A stretch of 64,000 bases of DNA from the NCBI GenBank assembly GCA_963736445.1, contig CAVTOY010000011.1, positions 6,339-70,338 of the forward strand, written 5' to 3'. Below, in pieces: positions 19,189-29,605 of the stretch (its first letter is position 1; each line of letters starts with the position of its first letter). The notes beneath the pieces were generated by a model. It saw only the letters and a program-made list of their open reading frames with translations, searched no databases and was not told the origin of the DNA. This DNA is from an uncultured Gammaproteobacteria bacterium (GTDB lineage: Bacteria > Pseudomonadota > Gammaproteobacteria > Chromatiales > Chromatiaceae). A program made the translations under genes and the position numbers.

Positions 19189-20019
19189 TCAGGTTGCAAA
19201 GATATCACGATAGTCGTGAATGCCCTTCGCGAGCGCGATCGTGACGACCGTGTAGACGAACAGCGGCGCGGTCGGATTCCCGTTATCGTCGGCCAACAAC
19301 AGGAGCATTGCCACAAATGGCAGCAACAGCAACCAGAGATGTACGCGCGGCCTCAGCCCCGCCTGCCAGTAGTAAGTTATCCAGACTCCGGCGGCCGCAA
19401 GCAACAGGCCACTGAAGGCACCCGCAATAATGTCCTGCGGCCAATGCACACCCACTGCGACCCGACTGAGGCCAACAAATGTCGCCACAAACACCAGCGC
19501 CGAGCGCTGCGTAACAGAGGTGCTGAATGCAAATAAGACGCCGGCGAACAAAAACGCAGACAGTGTATGACCGGACGGAAAGCTATTTCGCCTCAGTGCC
19601 GGGCCGATCAGCCGAAACTCGTCAGACGACAGCACCGCAGGTGGCCTGAGCACATCGAGATACAGCTTCAGTCCATGTGAGTACAGTGTCCCGATAAAGG
19701 CTGCGACCAGCATCGCCCAGAAGATCTCGGGGCGATGCCGCACAAACAGCAGACTCAGCACAAACAGCATCCTCTCATCGCCCAAACGGGTCACCACAGC
19801 CCAGGCCGCATCGGGCAGGAACGCATGGGTCAGCCCCTGCAGCCGATGGAAGCCCGCCTGGTAATCGTTTGTCCAAAGGGCCACCACAATACCCAGTAGG
19901 AGCACCGCAAAGCCGAGCACCATCAACTCGCGGACACCGGCCGTGCCGCGCTGCGCGACGCGCTGACTGGCCTGTTCCATCGATTGCTGGAGGGCATGCA
20001 TGGCGATGGTAAATCGCAT
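19189..20019 (-). CDS. PAP2-family lipid phosphatase
   Basis: K-x6-RP, SFPSGH and SRVAVGVHWPQD motifs. Confidence 0.92.
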   Translation of the reverse strand: MRFTIAMHALQQSMEQASQRVAQRGTAGVRELMVLGFAVLLLGIVVALWTNDYQAGFHRLQGLTHAFLPDAAWAVVTRLGDERMLFVLSLLFVRHRPEIFWAMLVAAFIGTLYSHGLKLYLDVLRPPAVLSSDEFRLIGPALRRNSFPSGHTLSAFLFAGVLFAFSTSVTQRSALVFVATFVGLSRVAVGVHWPQDIIAGAFSGLLLAAAGVWITYYWQAGLRPRVHLWLLLLPFVAMLLLLADDNGNPTAPLFVYTVVTIALAKGIHDYRDIFAT

Positions 20020-20021
20020 AT

Positions 20022-21590
20022 CTATTCGCTGCCCTTTTCTTCAATCGCGACCAGCGTGGCAGGCGGCTGGCTAAAAACAATCTCTTTGCGATAAGGCGAT
20101 GGCTGAGCCAGAAATTCATCGACGCGGTCCACGCGCATGTAGACCCATTGACCGGGTTGCGCCGGCTGACGACGGATGATCTGGTCGCGATAGACACTCA
20201 CACTCGGCTGAAAAGTCCGATAGAAGACGAGATCCTTGCCGTGCTGCCGGGCAAACAGGGCCGCGGCCTTGACTCCCCCCTGCAAAACCTCCATTACCCC
20301 AGGCAGGACCAGCACCGCGATCAACAAGGCCTGCAGGAAGCCCAGCAGCAGCAGTCTTCGCCACAGCGCTGTCTTCAGGAAAACGATAGCGACCGTCAGC
20401 ATGAAGGTGGCGGCACAGACCGCCTGAGACCAGCCCGCAAAGCGTTCCGCGCCGGCCCGGAACAGGGTCTGCTCATAGATTCGATCGGCCTGCCCCGCCA
20501 GATAGCTAAACAGCTGAGGCAGCGCCGCGAACAACGCGAACAGCAGCAGTGCCGGTGCAAAAGCAATCCAGGGGTTGCGAATCCTTTCGCGGTATTGCGC
20601 CATCAACAAAAAGACACCACTCATACCGTACAGCAGGTAGTGTGGCAGTTTCGTGCCCGACAGCGAAAACACCACCAGTACGCTGAAGAACCACAGCCAC
20701 AGATAACGATCCAACGGCCTCGACAACGCGTCGCGGAAATGCGTGAAGATGAGCAGAAACCAGCCACCAAATGGCATTAAGATCAAGGGCGCGACCAGCA
20801 GAAAATAGAAAATGCCGCCGCCGTGCCCCTCCATAGGCTCGCTGTAGCGATTGATGTTGTGATTGAGGTAGAACCCCTCGAAAAACGCCCATCCCGTATC
20901 CAGGTAGACGGCCACATGCCAGGGCAGCACGATGGCGAGAAAGATCAGCAGACCACGCGGATCGATCGCGAGTTTCAACCACTCGCGCCAACGGCCATAG
21001 CTCAGATAAAAGAGTCCGCTCACCAACACCGGGAACACCACGGCGACTGGTCCCTTGGTCAGGAATCCCAGGCCTAGCCAAACAAAAACCCGGGCATGCA
21101 GTGTGCGTGACGGTCGCTGGAAGTGGCTGTAGATGTCGAACATCGCCAGCGCGAGGAACAGATTCAGTAATGCATCGGCGACGGCGGCCCGGGCAATAAG
21201 CCCGACGTAGAGGGATAGCGCCAGAAGCAAGGCGGCGACTACGGCAGTCGCCTGATCCGTGTAGCGGCGAGCGAATGCAAACAACGCCCAGACCCACGCC
21301 AGGCCAGCCAACACAGAAGGCAATCGCAGGGCGAACTCCGACAGGCCGAATAGATGAACGGATCCGGCCTGCAGCCAATAGATCAAGATGGGCTTATCGT
21401 GTCTCGGCTCGCCGTTGAGATAGATGGAGACATAGTTGTCAGACGCGATCATTTCGCGTGTCGCCTCGGTGAACGCGCCTTCGTCGAGGTCATACAACGG
21501 CATCGACCAGAAACCCCACACCATGGCCACCGCAACCGCCAGTACAACGGCCGCACGACTGGAGAGGAATTCCTCGAAGCGTTGGGCCAT
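20022..21590 (-). CDS. ArnT/PMT-like GT-C glycosyltransferase
   Basis: DLDEGAFTEATREM, DKPILIYWLQ, LRLPS, LTKGPV, TKLPHY; start uncertain (MAQRF chosen). Confidence 0.92.
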   Translation of the reverse strand: MAQRFEEFLSSRAAVVLAVAVAMVWGFWSMPLYDLDEGAFTEATREMIASDNYVSIYLNGEPRHDKPILIYWLQAGSVHLFGLSEFALRLPSVLAGLAWVWALFAFARRYTDQATAVVAALLLALSLYVGLIARAAVADALLNLFLALAMFDIYSHFQRPSRTLHARVFVWLGLGFLTKGPVAVVFPVLVSGLFYLSYGRWREWLKLAIDPRGLLIFLAIVLPWHVAVYLDTGWAFFEGFYLNHNINRYSEPMEGHGGGIFYFLLVAPLILMPFGGWFLLIFTHFRDALSRPLDRYLWLWFFSVLVVFSLSGTKLPHYLLYGMSGVFLLMAQYRERIRNPWIAFAPALLLFALFAALPQLFSYLAGQADRIYEQTLFRAGAERFAGWSQAVCAATFMLTVAIVFLKTALWRRLLLLGFLQALLIAVLVLPGVMEVLQGGVKAAALFARQHGKDLVFYRTFQPSVSVYRDQIIRRQPAQPGQWVYMRVDRVDEFLAQPSPYRKEIVFSQPPATLVAIEEKGSE

Positions 21591-21678
21591 ATGCGCTGCC
21601 AACCCGGTACTGGTCAATGTGCGTGAGATCGATGGGCCCTGTATATACCCGGCATTTCCTCGATCGCCTGATGAAAGG

Positions 21679-22149
21679 CTAACGGTACTCTGCGGCCGTG
21701 ATGAACTCGCCGAAGGACTCGCACCAGACAATTACGCTGTTATAGGCCGATGGATCAATCGATGCTGGCAAAGCCACGACAAAGTTTTCGAAGGTCTTGA
21801 CGTCTCCGACTTGCACCATATTCTGCCTTAGGCGAATAAAATCGGCCTCGGTCTCAACGAACTCCGGCGACAGGTAGAGCTTGTAATCCGGACCCGGTGC
21901 AATCCGACCCTGCAGCGAGACCATGCCTTGCCCGATCGCGACGATTCCCTCGCCCCAGTGAAGCGCATCACTGTCCGCGAGATCCCGGCGAAACTCACCA
22001 GTGAACTGCGCCTGCGCAGCGACGGCCGCGACCTCGGCATCCGTTGGTGCGGGAGGCGCAGTCAGGATCGGCAGGGCATAGATACCCGCGGCAAACCCGA
22101 TGGCGGCAGCCAGCGCATGCGTTATGAGTAACACGATAAACCTTGTCAT
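21679..22149 (-). CDS. DM13 domain protein
   Basis: HWGEG, APGPDYKLYLSP, VIVWCESFGEFITAA; N-terminal membrane anchor. Confidence 0.9.
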   Translation of the reverse strand: MTRFIVLLITHALAAAIGFAAGIYALPILTAPPAPTDAEVAAVAAQAQFTGEFRRDLADSDALHWGEGIVAIGQGMVSLQGRIAPGPDYKLYLSPEFVETEADFIRLRQNMVQVGDVKTFENFVVALPASIDPSAYNSVIVWCESFGEFITAAEYR

Positions 22150-22280
22150 GTATCGCCTTCCGGTGAATGGATCTCCGGCGAAAATATAACCGAAACGGAC
22201 TAATCAATCCCGCTAATGGCAAGGATTGTCATATCATTTTCGTGATACGTGCTTCTCTATCGATCCAGGAGCCCTGAGAT

Positions 22281-22697
22281 ATGGCCAAACAACCACCACG
22301 GCATGGCCGCACCGGCCGCGCCATCGACACCGATAAGCTCGACCGCGTGGTCGCGGATGCGCGCCGCCGCAGCGATCAACGTGCCGCGGGGTATCGCGAG
22401 CAAGCTTTGAAGCTATTCCCCTGGGTATGCGGTCGCTGCGGACGTGAGTTCAACCAGGCCAACTTGCGAGAGTTGACCGTCCACCACAAAGACATGGATC
22501 ACGACAACAACCCCGTGGACGGCAGCAATTGGGAGCTGCTGTGCCTGTACTGTCATGACAACGAGCATCAGAAATACGAAGAGCACCTGGCCGCGATCGC
22601 CGCCGGCCGTACAGGCAGCGAAAGCCCTAAGGATACCCCTGAGACAAAGTACCGCCCTTTCGCGGGCCTCGAGTCGCTCCTCGACAAGAAGGACTGA
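22281..22697 (+). CDS. yajD: YajD-family HNH nuclease
   Basis: GYREQALKLFPWVCGRCGREF..NLRELTVHH.D.DHDNNP.DGSNWELLCLYCHDNEH. Confidence 0.93.
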   Translation: MAKQPPRHGRTGRAIDTDKLDRVVADARRRSDQRAAGYREQALKLFPWVCGRCGREFNQANLRELTVHHKDMDHDNNPVDGSNWELLCLYCHDNEHQKYEEHLAAIAAGRTGSESPKDTPETKYRPFAGLESLLDKKD

Positions 22698-22978
22698 TGC
22701 TACTTCCGCGGCCTGGCCGGCACCGTTGCGCGGGCCTTCCACAGCTACCTCAAGATCCGTCCTCACCTGGCCGCCAGCGTGGCGGCGCTGTTTCGGGCCC
22801 GTCCGCCCCTTTCGCGCCCCATCCAGGTCCAGCAGCCGGCTTGTCGGTCCGTATCGGGCAGACGCACCAAGGTAAACAGTTGCCGACCCGGGACTATACT
22901 CATCGTCTGAGGCCAACGAGAACCGGCGTCGGGCGCTGTAACCCAGCCGCAGAACAAAATAAGCGTTAGAGGGGAGCC

Positions 22979-24343
22979 ATGTTCCGATTTGGATGCAGAG
23001 GCACTAGATCGATTCGGGTACGGCCCAGGCTGACTGCGGTCTTGCTGGTGCTCGGGTCCCTATACGCCACGTCGACGTCGGCCCTTGAGCAATACACCGC
23101 GCACGGCGGCCCAGTGAAGGGCCTGGCCTTGTCTCCCGACGGTCGTTGGCTGGTGAGTACCAGTTTCGACTATACCGCGGTTCTCTGGTCGGTCCCGGGC
23201 TTCTCCGAACGGCGTATCTTGGTCGGCCACGAGGCGGCCGTGAATGCCGCGGCTTTCTCACCCGATGGGCGCTATTTGGTCACTGCAGGCGATGACCGGA
23301 CGCTGCGCGTATGGAGAATGGATCAGCTGCTGGATAAGACCCCGGCGCCGGTGCCCAAGGTATTGACCGGGCATACCGCAAAAGTCGTGCACTTGACATT
23401 CTCGGCAGACGGTCAGCGGCTTGCGTCGAGCAGCTGGGACCATACCCTGGGGCTTTGGTCCGTACCGGCATTCGAGAAATTGGCGTTTCTGAGCGGCCAT
23501 GACGGCCCGGTCAACGCGGCCCAGTTCACAAAGGACGGACTGTCACTCTACAGCGCGGGCGGCGATGGCCATATCCGTATCTGGGACATCCGCCAGGCGC
23601 GCTATTTGCGCAGTCCGGTGGATAACGGCTGGGGCATCAATGTGCTGGCGATTGACGAAGACCTCGATCTACTCGCCTATGGCACGGCCAACGGCGGGAT
23701 GCGGTCGGTCTCTCTCAGTGGCAAGGGACCATCGGTCGATTATGTCGCGGATGGCGCCCCGGTGGTCTCACTGGCGCTGGATCCCAAGGCAGCGCTCATT
23801 GCGTTCGGTAATTCCGAGGGCCGCGTGCTGATCGCCGATGCCCATGTCGGTGAAATCGAGCACGATTTTCGCGCCGTCGAGGGACCGGTCTGGGGCATGG
23901 TCCTTATGCCAAACCGCGAATCCGTCGTACTTGCAGGTCTCGATGACTTCGTTACTCGCATTCCATTTGGTGATGCTTCGTCGCCGGTGGCAACCGGAGG
24001 CGAAAGACGCTTTCATCCACTCGACGAGCGCGACAATGGGGCACGCCAGTTTGCCCGCAAATGCAGTGTCTGCCATTCACTGGAGGCGGATGGCAAGCGT
24101 CGCGCCGGTCCAAGCCTGTATGGAATATTCGGCCGCAGAGCCGGCACCTTTTCTGGTTATCCCTATTCACCGGCACTGGCCAGGACCGAACTCGTCTGGA
24201 ACGAGGCAACCATCGACGCCTTGTTCAAAGACGGGCCGGACGTCGTGACGCCCGGATCGAAGATGCCGCTACAACGTATCCCGAAGGCGAAAGACCGGCA
24301 CGATCTGATTAACTTCCTCAAGTCGACGATGAAGCAGGAGTGA
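22979..24343 (+). CDS. Exported WD40 beta-propeller fused to a class I cytochrome c
   Basis: Signal peptide, GH...W[D/S] repeats, CSVCH heme motif, GPSLYG, PGSKMP. Confidence 0.9.
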   Translation: MFRFGCRGTRSIRVRPRLTAVLLVLGSLYATSTSALEQYTAHGGPVKGLALSPDGRWLVSTSFDYTAVLWSVPGFSERRILVGHEAAVNAAAFSPDGRYLVTAGDDRTLRVWRMDQLLDKTPAPVPKVLTGHTAKVVHLTFSADGQRLASSSWDHTLGLWSVPAFEKLAFLSGHDGPVNAAQFTKDGLSLYSAGGDGHIRIWDIRQARYLRSPVDNGWGINVLAIDEDLDLLAYGTANGGMRSVSLSGKGPSVDYVADGAPVVSLALDPKAALIAFGNSEGRVLIADAHVGEIEHDFRAVEGPVWGMVLMPNRESVVLAGLDDFVTRIPFGDASSPVATGGERRFHPLDERDNGARQFARKCSVCHSLEADGKRRAGPSLYGIFGRRAGTFSGYPYSPALARTELVWNEATIDALFKDGPDVVTPGSKMPLQRIPKAKDRHDLINFLKSTMKQE

Positions 24344-24370
24344 CATCCAGCGGCGGCAGAGCCAGCCGCC

Positions 24371-24649
24371 TCAATGGCGTTTCCTGGAAACCAGTTTCAG
24401 CGCCTTCTTGATCAGGCCTCGATAGTATTTGGCAAGCCGCTTGGGTTTGTTCCGCTGACTTACTGTCACGTCGGCATACGCCTTCTGCAACGTCTTGGCC
24501 TTTTTCTTCGCCTTTTTTGCATCGACTTTCAGGTGCTTGGCCAGCCTGCGTTTATGCAGCGCCTTAATCAACTCGCGATCGCGCTTGGCGAAATAGATAT
24601 CTTCCTCCGCCAGCGCCTTCAGGCGAAGTTTGTCAGGCCAATTCGTCAT
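24371..24649 (-). CDS. Small basic helical hypothetical protein
   Basis: GGAG RBS; KALAEEDIYFAKRDRELIKALH. Confidence 0.7.
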   Translation of the reverse strand: MTNWPDKLRLKALAEEDIYFAKRDRELIKALHKRRLAKHLKVDAKKAKKKAKTLQKAYADVTVSQRNKPKRLAKYYRGLIKKALKLVSRKRH

Positions 24650-24799
24650 AGGGGCTCCTGATAGCTTGGCGGCCTTGGCTTGGGTCGGAGGCTAGCAGAT
24701 GGCTAGCAGCCTGCATATTGCACGAAACCCGTCGGTCCTCCGACCCCCGTGATATGCGATACTCCAGCACCCTACGTCAGGTTTTCCCGAGGGGGCGAC

Positions 24800-25555
24800 A
24801 TGAAGCTACCCACTGCTTGGCTGGTGCCGGCGGCGACGGCCGTCTGGGCCGTGTGGACCTGGGCACATGAGCAATCCCTGGAGCGCGAGAAAGAGCGCGA
24901 GCGCATGACCGCGCTGTACGTCAATCCCTTCCTCTCCGCGTGTGAGGATCTGCAGAGCCGGATCTACAAGCTGCTGGAAATCGGCGGGCTGAGCAGCCTG
25001 CGCGACCGCTATCCGGACGGCGCCTATGCCGATGAGACGCTGTATCTCATCGTCCGCCTGTTCGGGTGGATGGCAGCGATGAACCGTTACGGTCCCTACA
25101 CCCAGGACCCTGTCGTAATAAAGTACTCGGCCGCGGTGCGAAGGGCCTTCGCCACCTCGAGAAACGGCTGTCCCGTGGGGCCGTTCAACTTCTTCGCAGC
25201 CGAGCAGAAGGCCCTGGGAAAGATTGTGATGCACAGCATGGAGGGGGAATACGGTGCCGAGATGGACACCATCTCATACTACGAATTCCGCGAGGTGGTG
25301 CGGTCCGCTCACCGCATGCCGTCCAGCGCGGCGGTGACGCAGACCCTCGAAGCCATGCGTGCTGCGCGGAACATCGAGGACCTCGACGGCAGGCAAAGGC
25401 TCGCGAAAGTCCAGACTCACCTGGTGGATCTGCTCGACTACCTGGAGGCAAAAGAGGGCTACCGCCTGTTTGTCGGCCAGCGCATGAAGTGCAAACTCCA
25501 GTGTCCCGACGACGCGCCGTCGACCGCCCGCAAGGCCCGGCGCGCGCGGGCCTAG
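24800..25555 (+). CDS. Hypothetical protein with N-terminal membrane anchor
   Basis: GAGGGGG RBS; YVNPFLSACEDLQSRIY and TLYLIVRLFGW motifs; high-GC codon usage. Confidence 0.75.
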   Translation: MKLPTAWLVPAATAVWAVWTWAHEQSLEREKERERMTALYVNPFLSACEDLQSRIYKLLEIGGLSSLRDRYPDGAYADETLYLIVRLFGWMAAMNRYGPYTQDPVVIKYSAAVRRAFATSRNGCPVGPFNFFAAEQKALGKIVMHSMEGEYGAEMDTISYYEFREVVRSAHRMPSSAAVTQTLEAMRAARNIEDLDGRQRLAKVQTHLVDLLDYLEAKEGYRLFVGQRMKCKLQCPDDAPSTARKARRARA

Positions 25556-25664
25556 CCCGCCTGCTGCGACAGTCGGTCATGGGCCAGACAAAAAGCATGA
25601 TTTCAGCGCCCGTCGATCCAACCAGTATAGACAGTGAGGGTAATACTCCATGCAGAGACGAAAC

Positions 25665-25904
25665 ATGAAGAAAATAAAATTGTTGATATTGCTGGCGACC
25701 GCAATTTTGCTCGTAGCTTGCGCGTCACCCCAAGAAAAGGCTGCCAAAGCGCAAGAGCGCGCGGCGGACTCGCAGTACAAGCTGACACAAGAGCGCTTAA
25801 GGCTGACCGAGGAACACGAGGAATGCGTCTCTGCAGCCGGGGCGGATCAAGCCAAGATGATGAAGTGCGACCAGATTCTGAAAAGGATGGAAGCCCTCCG
25901 CTGA
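25665..25904 (+). CDS. Small lipoprotein
   Basis: MKKIKLLILLATAILLVAC lipobox; one further Cys pair. Confidence 0.8.
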   Translation: MKKIKLLILLATAILLVACASPQEKAAKAQERAADSQYKLTQERLRLTEEHEECVSAAGADQAKMMKCDQILKRMEALR

Positions 25905-26046
25905 CCGTAAGGCCCTGTCGATCCGGATCGCAGGCCGCTGTTTGGTCATGATTATTTGGCCTCAGGCAGGATGAAGTTGTCTGGTCTCAAGCAAGTGCCA
26001 TTCGCGCCTGAGACCCCTATCAACTCGCCGATCGAACGAGAGAGCA

Positions 26047-26853
26047 TTGTCCGCCAACCCAGTATTCCGTTGGATGACGGATCGCATAATCCTCGGGCCG
26101 ACTCGTCACCCGATGCCGGCAGCGGGCAAGTCGCGGCGTAACCTGGCGCTCCCCGGGGTCGGTCCGCTCGAGATCTGGATCGGCCGGGTTGGCCCGGCCA
26201 ATCGGGCAGAGCCGGATCTTTTCGTGCTCAAGTTTCCAGGCACCGCCAGTCGCGCCGAGGATCCAACCGAGGCGCTCGCCGACTGGTGGCCCGGGCTCCG
26301 GATCGAGGTCTGGTCCGTCAATCCACCCGGCTATGGCGGCAGCGGAGGCCAGGCGAGCCTGCGGCACATCCCGGCAATGTCCCGTTTGGCGCTGACTACT
26401 TTGCTCGACACGGTAGGTGGCGCGCCCGTTGTCGTTCTTGGCGAGAGCCTCGGCTGCGTGAGCGCGCTGCATCTGGCCGCGCGACATTCGGTCGATGCCC
26501 TGCTGTTGCGGGATCCGCCGCCGCTGCGGGAGACCATTCGCAGCCGTCATCCATCGGGGCTGCTTGGTCGGGCCGCGGGATTGCTTGCCGAACAGGTTCC
26601 GCAAGAACTCGACGTGATTGAGAATGCGGCCAGCTCGGACGCGCCGGCCGTCATGCTGCTATCGCAGCAAGACCGCGTGGTGCCTTTCGAGCTACAGTAC
26701 CGGGTAGTACAGGCGTATCAGGGACCGAAACAACACCTGGTGCTGCCCGAGGCGGATCATGGCGACCCGCCATCCCCAAGCGAGTTCAACGAGTTCAAAG
26801 ACCGGACGGCTTGGCTCTGGAAAGCAATAAGCAAGCCGCCGGTCGGTGATTGA
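26047..26853 (+). CDS. Alpha/beta hydrolase
   Basis: NPPGYGGS, GESLG nucleophile elbow, DRVVP, ADH. Confidence 0.85.
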   Translation: MSANPVFRWMTDRIILGPTRHPMPAAGKSRRNLALPGVGPLEIWIGRVGPANRAEPDLFVLKFPGTASRAEDPTEALADWWPGLRIEVWSVNPPGYGGSGGQASLRHIPAMSRLALTTLLDTVGGAPVVVLGESLGCVSALHLAARHSVDALLLRDPPPLRETIRSRHPSGLLGRAAGLLAEQVPQELDVIENAASSDAPAVMLLSQQDRVVPFELQYRVVQAYQGPKQHLVLPEADHGDPPSPSEFNEFKDRTAWLWKAISKPPVGD

Positions 26854-26906
26854 CCGCGAGTTTCGGGCCATCCCGATCTAATTCACATAAGCCGGAGGAA
26901 GTGGGG

Positions 26907-27344
26907 ATGCCCCAGGACCACAAGCAAGTGATTCGTCGGATATTCGACGAGGTCTGGAACAACAGCAACCTGTCCTTGGTCGATGAGGTCTACGGGCTCG
27001 ACTATGTCGCCCATGTGGCCGGCGCGCCCAGGGACATCGCAGGGCCCGAGCAGTTCAAGCAGTTCGTTGCGCTGCACGGCGTGCTGACATCCGACCTGAG
27101 CTTCAGCGTCGAGGATCAGATCGCCGAGGGTGATCGTGTGGCGACCCGCTGGACCGCGACCACGGTGCCGGCGGCCGGCCTGGTAAGCACACCGGCCGAC
27201 ACCCAGGAGGTCAAGGTCACGGGCATCAGCATTCATCGCTTCGCGGACGACAAGATCGTCGAGTCGTGGGACAACTGGGACGCGCTCACGGTGTATCAGG
27301 CGCTGGGGGCCGATGTCCTCGAGAGTGTCTCACTGAGTATCTGA
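26907..27344 (+). CDS. SnoaL-like ester cyclase
   Basis: VEDQIAEGDRVATRWT and GISIHRFADDKIVESWDNWD. Confidence 0.9.
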   Translation: MPQDHKQVIRRIFDEVWNNSNLSLVDEVYGLDYVAHVAGAPRDIAGPEQFKQFVALHGVLTSDLSFSVEDQIAEGDRVATRWTATTVPAAGLVSTPADTQEVKVTGISIHRFADDKIVESWDNWDALTVYQALGADVLESVSLSI

Positions 27345-27357
27345 GGCGCGATCCTGA

Positions 27358-29565
27358 ATGGACAAGAAACCCCTGTCGACCATGAACGCCCGAGAACCCA
27401 AGGTCATCCGCGATGCCGATGTCTGTGCAGACGCCGTGATCGAGTGCGTCGGCACGCAGATCGTGCTCGCCCTGCCGCTCGCCCTCGGCAAGCCCTGTCA
27501 CTTCGTCAATGCACTGTATCGTCGGGCCAAGGCCGACCCGGCGCTCCACCTGCATATCGTGACCGCGCTGTCCCTGAATCGGCCCAAGCCCGGCAGTGAT
27601 CTGGAGCGGCGTTTCCTCGGACCCTTCCTCGACCGCGTCTTCGGTGACTACCCTGATCTGGATTACGTCTCGGCACTGAGATCCGGGGGCCTGCCACCTA
27701 ACGTGGAGGTGACCGAGTTCTTTCTCAACGCCGGAGAGTACCTAAACAATCCGACGCAGCAACAGAATTACATCAGCAGCAACTACACGCATATCGCCCG
27801 CGACATGATGGCGCTCGGCGTCAATGTGTGCGCGCAGATGATTGGCAAGTCGGAAGAAGCGCACGGCACGGCGTACAGCCTGAGTTCCAACCCGGACCTG
27901 ACGCTCGACATCGTCAGGATGGTCAGAGAGCGGGAAGCCCAGGGAACGCCGGCCGCGATTGTGGGCCAGGTCAACACCAACCTGCCCTTCATGTACCACG
28001 ACGCCATGGTCGCGCCATCGACCTTCGATCTGATCCTCGATGATCCCGCCTACGTGCATCAATTGTTTGGCCCGCCGAACATGGCGATCGCCGACACCTA
28101 TTACATGGTGGGACTCTACGCCAGCACCCTGATCCGCGATGGCGGCACCCTGCAGATCGGCATCGGCTCGCTGGGCGATGCCATCGCCTATGCGACCGTC
28201 CTGAGACACCGCGAGAATGCCACCTATCTCGAGCTCATTGACGACCTCGGGATCATGCAGCGATTCGCCCCGATCATAGAGCAGACGGGCGGCACAGGCC
28301 CCTTCGCACAGGGCCTCTACGGCTCGAGCGAGATGTTCGTCGGCGGCTTCATGGAGCTCTACAAGGCCGGGGTCCTGAAAAGGACGGTGTATCCGCATAC
28401 CGCAATTCAGGAGTTGGTGAATGCCGGGGTGATCAGCGATGAGGGCGAGGTTCGCCCCGGGGTACTCGAGGCCCTGCTGGCAGCCGGTGCGATCCACCAG
28501 CGACTATCCGCGACCGATTTCGCCTTTCTGCAGGCGAGTGGCGTCTTTCGCGAGGACCTTGCGTTCGAGGAAGATTACATCCGAACCGGCGACGACCTGG
28601 ACATACCCGCGGACCTGAGCGATTCGGCAGCCCTGGCGCGTCTCAACGAACAGTGCTTGGGCGATCGGCTTAATGGTGGTGTCGTCATGCACGGGGGCTT
28701 CTTCCTCGGGAGCCACGACTTCTATGGCTGGCTCAACGCCATGGATCCGGCCGAGCGGCGGCGCTTCGCGATGACCAGCGTGATGTTCGTGAATCAGCTA
28801 TACGGTAATCAGGCGCTCGCGACCGCACAGCGCCGGCACGCACGTCTCCTCAACACGACCATGATGGTCACGCTGAGCGGTGCCGCCTGTTCCGATGGCC
28901 TGGAAGACGGTCGGGTGGTGAGCGGCGTCGGCGGACAGTACAACTTTGTCGCCATGGCCCATGAGCTGCCGGATGCCCGCTCGATACTCATGCTGCGCAG
29001 CACCCGCAGCAAGGCCGGCAAGACGACATCGAATATCGTCGGGCACTACGGACACACCACGATACCGCGTCATCTGCGCGATATCGTGGTGACCGAGTAC
29101 GGTATCGCCGATCTGCGCGGCAAGTCCGACAAGGAGATTGTCGCCGAGCTGCTCAAGGTCACCGATACGCGCTTCCAGGACCAGCTGCTCGCCGAGGCCA
29201 AGCGGGCCGGTAAGATCCCAGCCGACTACGAGATCGCGCCGGCGTTCCGCAACAACACGCCCGAACACCTAGCCACCGCACTCAAGCCATTCAAGGCCCG
29301 GGGCTATTTTCCGGCCTTCCCCTTCGGGACCGACCTGACGCCCGAGGAGTTGGTGCTGGGCAAGACCCTAAAGGCCTTGAAGGCGAAGCTCGCGGGCCCC
29401 GCCGCAATCGCCAAGGCGATGCTCGGGGCCGCCGAGGTGGGCCAGATCCCGGAGGCCGCAGCGCCCTATCTTCAGCGCATGCAACTCGACCAGCCGAACA
29501 CCTTGCGCGATCGCATGGCCCAACGCCTTATCGTTGCCGAGCTCAAGGCGCAGGGCCTGGTATGA
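27358..29565 (+). CDS. Acetyl-CoA hydrolase/CoA-transferase family protein (long form)
   Basis: GGTLQIGIGSLGD, SEMF, VVSGVGGQYNFV, IVVTEYGIADLRG. Confidence 0.92.
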   Translation: MDKKPLSTMNAREPKVIRDADVCADAVIECVGTQIVLALPLALGKPCHFVNALYRRAKADPALHLHIVTALSLNRPKPGSDLERRFLGPFLDRVFGDYPDLDYVSALRSGGLPPNVEVTEFFLNAGEYLNNPTQQQNYISSNYTHIARDMMALGVNVCAQMIGKSEEAHGTAYSLSSNPDLTLDIVRMVREREAQGTPAAIVGQVNTNLPFMYHDAMVAPSTFDLILDDPAYVHQLFGPPNMAIADTYYMVGLYASTLIRDGGTLQIGIGSLGDAIAYATVLRHRENATYLELIDDLGIMQRFAPIIEQTGGTGPFAQGLYGSSEMFVGGFMELYKAGVLKRTVYPHTAIQELVNAGVISDEGEVRPGVLEALLAAGAIHQRLSATDFAFLQASGVFREDLAFEEDYIRTGDDLDIPADLSDSAALARLNEQCLGDRLNGGVVMHGGFFLGSHDFYGWLNAMDPAERRRFAMTSVMFVNQLYGNQALATAQRRHARLLNTTMMVTLSGAACSDGLEDGRVVSGVGGQYNFVAMAHELPDARSILMLRSTRSKAGKTTSNIVGHYGHTTIPRHLRDIVVTEYGIADLRGKSDKEIVAELLKVTDTRFQDQLLAEAKRAGKIPADYEIAPAFRNNTPEHLATALKPFKARGYFPAFPFGTDLTPEELVLGKTLKALKAKLAGPAAIAKAMLGAAEVGQIPEAAAPYLQRMQLDQPNTLRDRMAQRLIVAELKAQGLV

Positions 29566-29605
29566 TTCCGTGGTTCGACAAGGATCGGTTGGAGTCGATT
29601 CGCGA

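Noticed and set aside
22697-22969. ORF or structured RNA downstream of yajD
   Set aside because: No recognisable protein or RNA family; could be a gene remnant.
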